This document shows positions 57,801 through 64,000 of a DNA stretch of 64,000 nucleotides, in pieces (position 1 is the first letter of the stretch; each line of letters opens with the position of its first letter). Origin of the DNA: Alphaproteobacteria bacterium (GTDB taxonomy: Bacteria > Pseudomonadota > Alphaproteobacteria > Sphingomonadales > JAKSBY01); assembly GCA_021774625.1 (NCBI GenBank), contig JAJFIV010000008.1:295045-359044 (forward strand), given 5' to 3'. The notes below the pieces were generated by a model. That model was not told where the DNA came from, did not search any database, and saw only the letters and a program-made list of their open reading frames with translations. Both the position numbers and the translations under genes were made by a program.

Positions 57801-58496
57801 GATTTTGATGCTTGAAAGCGACATTTCCAGCGAAACGGCGCCGCCTGTCTTCTTACTTACCGAGACATCGCACCGGCCCTGAAGCAACCGTTCGCATATA
57901 TTGGATCCTGACGGTGCGGGTGTAATCAGGTCAAAAACCGGCTGCCCTGAAAGCTCGCCCTTATTATATCCCAAAAGCTCCTCTACCGCAGGATTGGCGG
58001 TAAGAATTTTTCCGCCCGGCCGGACGGCAATGATACCGTCATCTACATCGGCAAATATCTTGCCGCATAATGTTTTGGTGTCTTCCTTCAGGCCATCGGG
58101 AGAATTGAAATCAATCGCCTGAATACTGAACCCCTTAACGCCTCCATCCCCAAGAGTAACATCCGGCACCGCCCTGGTATGGACATGATACTGATGATTG
58201 ATATCCTGACGCTTACCAATATGAGTGTAATGATCAACGGTTTCCCCGCAGAAAATCTTCTGCAGTTTGGGCTTGATCCGCCGATATTCTGATTGTGTAC
58301 GGATTTCCTTTAGTGACTGACCGGGCGAGGCCGTTTCCCGCTTCTTCAGCCCCCAGCGTTCCAGATAAAGCGACGTGTAGCGATATCGTTCCCGGTCATC
58401 GATATAGCCAATGGTGAAGGGACGGCATTGAGAGAGCCGCGGCCAGAAAGCTTCCGTTCCGCCCAGGGGTGATTTCCCTTGCTTTCCTTGCCCCAT
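54813..58496 (-). CDS. Cytoplasmic multi-PAS hybrid histidine kinase
   Basis: Four to five PAS/PAC repeats, [21 protein letters not shown], degenerate REC plus intact REC (AEDH...MDVQMP...KP); start set at MGQGK. Confidence 0.9.
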   Translation of the reverse strand: MGQGKQGKSPLGGTEAFWPRLSQCRPFTIGYIDDRERYRYTSLYLERWGLKKRETASPGQSLKEIRTQSEYRRIKPKLQKIFCGETVDHYTHIGKRQDINHQYHVHTRAVPDVTLGDGGVKGFSIQAIDFNSPDGLKEDTKTLCGKIFADVDDGIIAVRPGGKILTANPAVEELLGYNKGELSGQPVFDLITPAPSGSNICERLLQGRCDVSVSKKTGGAVSLEMSLSSIKISGRNHYLALLHTSTWQERRLSDNKRRTFVMDQIDTPIVVTNREGIVLDCNQTAAHLWGRPERRMIGSNIYGMGRNASAAKIKARQVKVETHLQEKGRYFFEKIMERADGQQIHLETSVIPFFDEATVQASRMWISRGAAQSLEVATILKRQSIIIEQMADAVFVIGLNELVEDCNPAAKQLVGLPKSKIIGRYLSDIVGTTDTFIRDTPCVLRHLRKKGTWSRDIDFIRPDGSRGELEVSLQYLVDVGGEQLAHIALVHDITERKRTEALLKRQALVMEQMSDAVVVTDLTYNVIDWNPGSERLFGYKKEEVVGENMIKIFSNRNAVPALEQEKWAARVRERTQTVLKHIRAGKRWTGEAMFKHKTGRLIIAGSTVVPLRADDGEIVALIGVHRDITDRKKAEDALNERVSELEDARERLELQGDALKALADDIAVARDEAENANKAKSNFLATVSHELRTPMNGIIGMTGLLLDSALTPEQRRYAETVSHSAGALLNLINDILDFSKLEAGKIDLEEIEFDICSTAENAVQLMSPEAQAKAIELAVFIDPAIPAGLLGDAGRIRQILLNLIGNAIKFTDRGGVMLSVQLRKHKNGKATIRFDVTDTGIGIPDTALPSLFQKFSQADSSTTRRFGGTGLGLSICKQLVELMGGEISVASDVGEGSQFRFDLELKAAENKSGRDRGVPQGTIILLLAPKSLHTSAIEKQLKASKARIYAHSGLSSGKRRIESLTAAGRRFDAVIVDDALLSADVVARTALWRKLRLSSKVPTILLKSLATTFDTGWDESTAVLDKPVCPSVLYSALAGGPPAVRGRGPSKVESRNNTARQSAECLRILVAEDHPVNQVLLSKLLGRYGHHVDIAQNGIEAVQAVKDHVYDILLMDVQMPEMDGLVATNEIRKLKGTKKRIPIIAITANAMVGDRETYLNAGMNDYISKPIDRDRLMEIIAGQVGKSLEEISVIQSGNDGLETIAEKDPDRRAPTDELALLLEELAD

Positions 58497-58560
58497 ATAG
58501 CGGAAGTCCCCATACTCATATCTATAGAAATAACGAGGGGTTCTTATAAACCTGAATGGG

Positions 58561-59553
58561 TTAACGTTTTGCAAAATCCAGAATGATTTTACCGTTGCGC
58601 CCGCCCCGGATGGCGGATTGCAGGGCTGATTTGATTTCAGCCAGGGGATAAGCCCGGTCAATTTTTGCCCGCAGCCGGCCCTCGGCGATCATGGTTGCGA
58701 GTCTGGAATAGAGCGGCTGCGCTCTTTGCGGGTTCTTTTCAAACCAGCGGGCGAGCCAGAACCCGGACAGGCGGATATCCCGGAAAATAAGCTGTTCCGC
58801 CGATAATTTACAGGCTTTGCCGCTCATAACGCCATAATTGACAATGACCCCGCCCGCGGCAAGGCAGCCGGCCAGCAAAAGGGTTCCATCGCCACCCACG
58901 GCGTCAATGCCATAGGCAGGGAGGGCGCCGCCGGTGATTTCCCTGATCCGTGCGGGCAAATCCGGCTCTGAATCCATCAAAACCGCATCCGCGCCAATGT
59001 CCGATAGTTCGGCCCGCAATTCTTCCCGGCGCACCAGATTAACCGTTCTGATGCCCGCCAACCCGGCAAGCTGAATGATATAGCGCCCCACCGCGGAATT
59101 GGCGGCATTCTGGATCAGCCAGTCCCCGGAATTCAAAGCGGCGATTTCATGCACAAGCAGATAGGCCGTCGGCGGGTTCACCCGCAGCATGGACAGCTGC
59201 TTTGGATCACCATGGGGCGGCAGTTTCAAAAGTTCGGTTTCGGCAATCCGTCTCTGTTCGCACCAGTTTCCGTAAGCCGGCAACATCACCTGATCACCCG
59301 AGGCCAGGTGTTTAACCCCCTCGCCCACCTGTATCACCCGGCCAACACCTTCAATCCCGGGCACCGCCGGAAGCTTTGGCAGGCGGCCATATTGTCCTTG
59401 CAGGATAAAAATATCCGCCGGGTCAATCGGGCTTGCCAGTGTTTCGACCAGAACCTCTTCGCTTCCGGGCTGACCCGGGTCCGCAACGTCGCAAACCTCT
59501 GCGACTGCAATGGGATCGCCGAATTCTGAAAATTGAATTGTCTGCATAGCCAT
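58561..59553 (-). CDS. MDR-family 2-enoyl thioester reductase-like oxidoreductase
   Basis: PIDPAD, PGIEGVG, VNPPTA, QNAANSAVG. Confidence 0.88.
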   Translation of the reverse strand: MAMQTIQFSEFGDPIAVAEVCDVADPGQPGSEEVLVETLASPIDPADIFILQGQYGRLPKLPAVPGIEGVGRVIQVGEGVKHLASGDQVMLPAYGNWCEQRRIAETELLKLPPHGDPKQLSMLRVNPPTAYLLVHEIAALNSGDWLIQNAANSAVGRYIIQLAGLAGIRTVNLVRREELRAELSDIGADAVLMDSEPDLPARIREITGGALPAYGIDAVGGDGTLLLAGCLAAGGVIVNYGVMSGKACKLSAEQLIFRDIRLSGFWLARWFEKNPQRAQPLYSRLATMIAEGRLRAKIDRAYPLAEIKSALQSAIRGGRNGKIILDFAKR

Positions 59554-59748
59554 TTTCGCTCATTTAGTCGCCGAGTTTAGCCCTTTACAGCCATAACCCA
59601 ACGCCGCAGAATGTCCAACAGTCATTTGTGTTTTACATTTCGTCGTTTAAAAAGAACGCTTCACCGTAAATTTGAAATTCATCTTTGCGTATTGATAACA
59701 GACAAGCCATTAAAGGTCAGGTTCGGCAGCGGGTCGTTTTGTATTATT

Positions 59749-61890
59749 ATGTATCATCCGAAACCACTTAAGCGGCAAGCTTCCTGCCTGACCGGACTGC
59801 TGGCAGCATGCCTCTGCATGACCCCGCCTGTCTTGGCGCAGGAACGGCCGGGAGCGGACGCTTCCGGTGAAGCCGCTGAAAATTCAACAATTATTTACGA
59901 TCAGAATTTCATCAATCAATATAAAAATGCCGTATCCATTATTGATATCATCCGGCGCATCCCGGGCGGTCAGCAGATACTGGATTCCGGCGGCGGGGAT
60001 GGCGGCCGCGGTTTTTCCGCCAATGACGACCGGGTCCTGATCGACGGCAAGCGCCTGTCCGGCAAATCCAACGATTCCGAAAGCGCGCTGGGCCGCATCA
60101 CCATCGACCAGGTGGAACGGATTGAACTGATCCGGGGGGCATCCCCGGACGTCAAGACGTCAAGTCAGGATGCGATCATCAATATCGTCCTCAAGCCAGG
60201 GGCCGGGGGCGGCTCAGGCTCCTGGCGGGCCAAGGCGCGAAAAGCGCAAAATGAAGACCGGGTGAATTTTGGCGGATTTCTGTCCTATGGCGGCTCGGTT
60301 GGAGCGCTGGAATATTTCGCCTCCGGCGAAATCGTGCCCGACCAGCGGACCGTCACCCAGGTAGACCTGGAATTCGACGGAAATGGAAACCTAATCCGCC
60401 GCCTGGAAGAATCCGGCCGGAGAAACAAGACGGAATATGAACTGACCACCAACCTGATATACAATTTGGCGAATGGGGATCAGATCCGTCTCAATGGTCT
60501 TTATTCCGATGATAACAGCTTCCGTGAAGCGCAACCCGGCGTATTTTTTGAGCCTGACCTGTCCGGCCGGCTTGTGGAAGCGGGCCGTTCCTTCCGGCTG
60601 GGCGAGAATGATAATCCGGCATGGGAAATTGGCGGCGACTATGAAACCGCTTTTGCTGATAACCTGCAATTCAAAATTCTCGGCCTGCATTCCTGGGAAC
60701 GTAACACCCGAACCAATGAAGAGGATTTCGATATTGCCGGGACCAAACCGGAAGTCGATTTCCGCTCTGTTAACAAGGTGATTTCCACCGAAAGCATTGG
60801 CCGTGCGTCCCTTGTCTGGACCGCCAGCGCAGCCCATGAAATCGAATACGGCTCGGAATTATCCCTTAATAAGGAAGATGTGAAATTGCAGTTTTTTGAC
60901 CGGATTGACGGCGATCTGGTTCCCCGCGATGTGTCGGCCGCCGATGTAGTGGTCAAGGAAACCCGCAATGAAAGTTTCCTTATCCACACCTGGAAACTGA
61001 ACGCCGCCATGTCATTGGAGAGTTCGATTTTCAGTGAATATTCCCGCATCAGTCAAAATGGTGCCGGTGTTTCCCGCAGCAAAACATTTTACTTCATCCG
61101 TCCAAGCACCGACTTCCGCTATAACATCACCAGCCGCGACCAGCTTCAGCTGTCGGTCAGGCGCGCCATAGCCCAGCTTGAATTTGGAGATTTCGCATCT
61201 TCGGTCAGCGACGATGATGAAATCATTGCGGGAAATGAAAACCTTGCGCCATCAAAATCCTGGGAATTTGAAGCCAGCTTCGAACATCGATTTATCAATG
61301 ATAACGGGTCTGTCAAATTCAACATCCTGAATGAACAGATCAGCGATTTCATCCAGCGGATAGAAGTGGCGCCGGGTGTTTCTGGGGTTGGTAATTTCGG
61401 CAGCGCACGGAAGACGGAACTCGAATTGGAAGCCAACCGCCGCCTGGCCGAACTGGGCCTGCCGGATTTTGTAGTGGAAGCAAGCCTTAAATACCGTGAT
61501 AACAGCGTGCTTGACCCATTCACGCTGGAGCGGCGTCCGGTTAATTTCTACTCAAATACCATCGCCGAAATTTCCTTCCGCCACGATGTGAATGCTTTGG
61601 GCCTTTCCTATGGCGCGGAAATCGAACGGGAATCCCGATCCCGGTTTTTCGATATCGATGAACGGATTGTCTTTTCCCATCCGCGCTATTCTGTCGACAC
61701 CTTTATAGAAAAGAACATTTTCTGGGGCATGATTTTGCGCTTTGACGCCTTCAATCTGGTCAACACCAATTTTGGCCGGGATCGGTTTCGTTTCGACAAC
61801 GGGGTAGCGATCGGCCTCCTCACCGGACGCGAACTTCGCGAGCGAAGAGCCGGCCGCCGTTTCGAACTCACCCTGCGCGGCATTTTTTAA
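59749..61890 (+). CDS. TonB-dependent receptor / outer-membrane beta-barrel
   Basis: Signal peptide, plug VLIDGKR...VERIELIRG, GNENL.P, C-terminal F. Confidence 0.85.
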   Translation: MYHPKPLKRQASCLTGLLAACLCMTPPVLAQERPGADASGEAAENSTIIYDQNFINQYKNAVSIIDIIRRIPGGQQILDSGGGDGGRGFSANDDRVLIDGKRLSGKSNDSESALGRITIDQVERIELIRGASPDVKTSSQDAIINIVLKPGAGGGSGSWRAKARKAQNEDRVNFGGFLSYGGSVGALEYFASGEIVPDQRTVTQVDLEFDGNGNLIRRLEESGRRNKTEYELTTNLIYNLANGDQIRLNGLYSDDNSFREAQPGVFFEPDLSGRLVEAGRSFRLGENDNPAWEIGGDYETAFADNLQFKILGLHSWERNTRTNEEDFDIAGTKPEVDFRSVNKVISTESIGRASLVWTASAAHEIEYGSELSLNKEDVKLQFFDRIDGDLVPRDVSAADVVVKETRNESFLIHTWKLNAAMSLESSIFSEYSRISQNGAGVSRSKTFYFIRPSTDFRYNITSRDQLQLSVRRAIAQLEFGDFASSVSDDDEIIAGNENLAPSKSWEFEASFEHRFINDNGSVKFNILNEQISDFIQRIEVAPGVSGVGNFGSARKTELELEANRRLAELGLPDFVVEASLKYRDNSVLDPFTLERRPVNFYSNTIAEISFRHDVNALGLSYGAEIERESRSRFFDIDERIVFSHPRYSVDTFIEKNIFWGMILRFDAFNLVNTNFGRDRFRFDNGVAIGLLTGRELRERRAGRRFELTLRGIF

Positions 61891-61931
61891 GATCAGGCAA
61901 AGGCCGTAAGGCAGCCGGTCGGCCACCTCAA

Positions 61932-61969
61932 GTCATCAAATTGCGTCAACCTAATCAGAAAAGACTCTA
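61932..61969. repeat. 38-bp dispersed repeat, copy 2
   Basis: GTCATCAAATTGCGTCAACCTAATCAGAAAAGACTCTA between convergent genes. Confidence 0.88.
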
Positions 61970-61978
61970 ACAGCCGGC

Positions 61979-63802
61979 CTAAAGCTTGTTGAGCGGCAAA
62001 TCCGCGCCGGTGGCCGAGGCTTTCCTGTAAAGCGCTGCCGTTATTTCAGCCGCCGGATCTCCCATGGCCTGCTGCGCCTTCCACAGTCCGTAAAGCGACC
62101 AGGCATTGTTCGGATGGCCGATCAGCGCATGCCGGAAAGCGGCCGCAGCGTCTTCATAGCGCTCCGCCTGCAGATAGACCGCCCCGAGCGTCTGGCGCAC
62201 CGGATAATACCAGTGAGCCGGTTCGGTATAAGTCAGATTATCCTGCAATTCCGCGGCCTGTTCCAAAAGCGGAATGGCGGCCTGATAATTTCCGCTATTT
62301 TGCGCAGCGCGGGCCCGCAGGGTATTTTCCGCAATCGTCAGCACATCGGCGGTCGGAATGCGGCCTTCTTCCAATGCCGCCAGTTTTTCATTGCCCTGCA
62401 AAGCGGAAACGGCATCCGCTTCAGCCAGCACGGCGGCGTTATCGCCATTACGGGCATGAACCAGTCCCCGCGCATAATGCCAGGACGCCTTGATATAGGG
62501 ATAGTCCATCCCGGGATCATCAAGCGATAGAACATCATCATCCTCGCCGAACTGCGCCCAGGCGAAATAGGCCGCCTGTTTGATGGGTTCCATCCAGGGC
62601 GCGCCGTCCATGGCCGCGAAAGGGATGAGGTCATCAAGTTTATCAGCGAATTCCAGCGTGATTTCCCTGTCTCCCGCCATCTGGCCCGAAACCAGCACGA
62701 AATGAACATTGTGCGGGTAATAGCCATAACGGTAGAGATCGGAACCTTCGGTCACGGCCAGATAGTCTTCATCCGCCCTGGTCGCCAGCACATTCACCTG
62801 CAGCGAGTCCAGATAGCGTCCGACCCGGAAATAGGTGTGGCTCGGCATATGCACCAGATGCCCGGCGCCGGGGATCAGCGGCGCCAGCCTGTCCGCGTAC
62901 GGTTCCGCCCTTTCCGGCGTCTGGGAGGCTTCCGTCAGATGGATGTAAAGATGGATCGCGCCGGCATGTTCCGGATTTTCTGCCAATACATCCTCAATTG
63001 CTTTAATCGGCTGGGCCATATGGGGTTTCGGGGTGATGAAATCCCGCTCCCAATATTCCCATGGCGTGGTATCCATCGCCGCCTCGGCATAAAGCGCCGC
63101 GATAAAATGATCGTGCGGATAGGCCTGATGGACATCCGCCATCGCGTCGGCGAAAGCCTGATCAAGCGCTGCCCGGTCCGCATTTTCATCAGGCGAATAG
63201 CGTGTGGCCAGCGCATTGATCAGCGCCTGTTCCTTTGCGCTTGCGCCTGATTTCACAGCCAGGGCTTTGGAAATGGCGGCAAAGGCCGGCTCCACCGCGC
63301 CCGGATCCATCGGCGCATTGATATTGGGGCCGTGCGCAAAGGCTTCCGCCCAGTAGCACATGGCGCAGGCGGGATCGATCGACTGCGCCTTTCTGAACGC
63401 GCGGATCGCTTCCCAGTGGTTAAAGCCGTAAGTCAGCCTCAGCCCTTGATCGAAATAGGCCTGCGCTTTGGGGTTATCGGTGGTGATTGAATAGCTGTAA
63501 TCGCCAAGGTTATCCCACAGCGGCGGGCCGTCTTCTTTCGGCGCATCGGCCTTCGCAGCGCCGGCCAGCGCCAGCCGGAATTCCGGCCGGAAAAAACCGC
63601 CGCGCGCCTGGCCGTGCGATCCGCATAATGTGCGGGCGATCAGCGCCGGATCCAGAAGTTCCGCCAGCATTCTCTCGCGCTCCGTTTCGGCTGCAAAATC
63701 AGCCCCGGCTTTATCGCCCCGCTGTTCAATACTGACCGATAACGCAAAACCGGCCGCAAACAGACCGGCCAGCGCCGTCGTCCCCTTCAATAAATTCGTC
63801 AT
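61979..63802 (-). CDS. Exported TPR-containing protein with conserved His motifs
   Basis: AQAYFDQGL..YGFNH.EA, GPNIN, HAGAIHLYIH, HLVHMPSH, YYPHN, TEP. Confidence 0.82.
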   Translation of the reverse strand: MTNLLKGTTALAGLFAAGFALSVSIEQRGDKAGADFAAETERERMLAELLDPALIARTLCGSHGQARGGFFRPEFRLALAGAAKADAPKEDGPPLWDNLGDYSYSITTDNPKAQAYFDQGLRLTYGFNHWEAIRAFRKAQSIDPACAMCYWAEAFAHGPNINAPMDPGAVEPAFAAISKALAVKSGASAKEQALINALATRYSPDENADRAALDQAFADAMADVHQAYPHDHFIAALYAEAAMDTTPWEYWERDFITPKPHMAQPIKAIEDVLAENPEHAGAIHLYIHLTEASQTPERAEPYADRLAPLIPGAGHLVHMPSHTYFRVGRYLDSLQVNVLATRADEDYLAVTEGSDLYRYGYYPHNVHFVLVSGQMAGDREITLEFADKLDDLIPFAAMDGAPWMEPIKQAAYFAWAQFGEDDDVLSLDDPGMDYPYIKASWHYARGLVHARNGDNAAVLAEADAVSALQGNEKLAALEEGRIPTADVLTIAENTLRARAAQNSGNYQAAIPLLEQAAELQDNLTYTEPAHWYYPVRQTLGAVYLQAERYEDAAAAFRHALIGHPNNAWSLYGLWKAQQAMGDPAAEITAALYRKASATGADLPLNKL

Positions 63803-63946
63803 GTCCCTTCTCCCTGTGTATTTTCCGAGGTTTCAAAAGACGCGCCGCCCGCCCGCAGCGAAGCCGCAGGGTCTTCATCACGAAAATGTTACTCGGAAAG
63901 TACAGGCGTTATAATGCCGCCGGAACATCGAGGCAAGAATAAAGTG

Positions 63947-64000
63947 TGTGCGGTCTGAGAGATAGGTAACACATTGTACCGGAGACATGGGTAACACTTT
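63947..64000 (+). mobile_element. Probable IS481-type element end (cut by the window edge)
   Basis: TGT start, then GAGAGATAGGTAACAC (63957-63972) and GAGACATGGGTAACAC (63982-63997), 14/16 identical. Confidence 0.55.

Noticed and set aside
34113-61969. 38-bp repeat as a CRISPR repeat or as composite transposon ends
   Set aside because: Copies are about 27.8 kb apart in direct orientation with no spacers, and they do not match the att-defined island.

Overview
GC-rich alphaproteobacterial chromosome segment (inferred from gene content: flbT/flaF, a CtrA box, FlbD-type ftr sites). From left to right: the upstream region of a sigma54-dependent flagellar gene, probably flagellin, whose CDS lies off the left edge; two methyltransferases; flaF-flbT; an FNR-boxed porin; a MoxR ATPase; parE; a DEAD-box helicase; a quorum-sensing cassette luxR-luxI-small ORF-cytochrome P450 followed by a PraR/PhrR-like XRE regulator; iscS-iscS-fdx-tfoX; anmK, tyrS, aspS; a Mo-hydroxylase large subunit; moaA-nadK; an M28 peptidase, a Pit transporter and RidA; and a heme oxygenase bphO with an internally deleted bacteriophytochrome. 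tRNA-Ala(CGC) is the insertion site of a ~19.5 kb island (33597-53066) bounded by a 12-bp direct repeat. The island holds an integrase remnant, a PEP-CTERM ice-binding (DUF3494) protein with its own sigma54 promoter, a degenerate ECF sigma factor, a CheB-CheR-PAS-HK-REC-REC-HTH fusion whose two flanking transcription units share a 22-bp promoter motif, IS5 and AbiEii fragments, and a copper-resistance operon (leader-cusCBA-DUF2231-copA). After the island come an amidase, a multi-PAS hybrid kinase, an MDR reductase, a TonB-dependent receptor, a TPR protein and a probable IS481-type end at the right edge. The best candidates for an undescribed system are (1) the LuxI-P450 operon with its lux-box/terminator and anti-SD architecture and (2) the CheBR hybrid with its putative mini-regulon. 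All product calls come from recognising motifs by eye; no database search was run.
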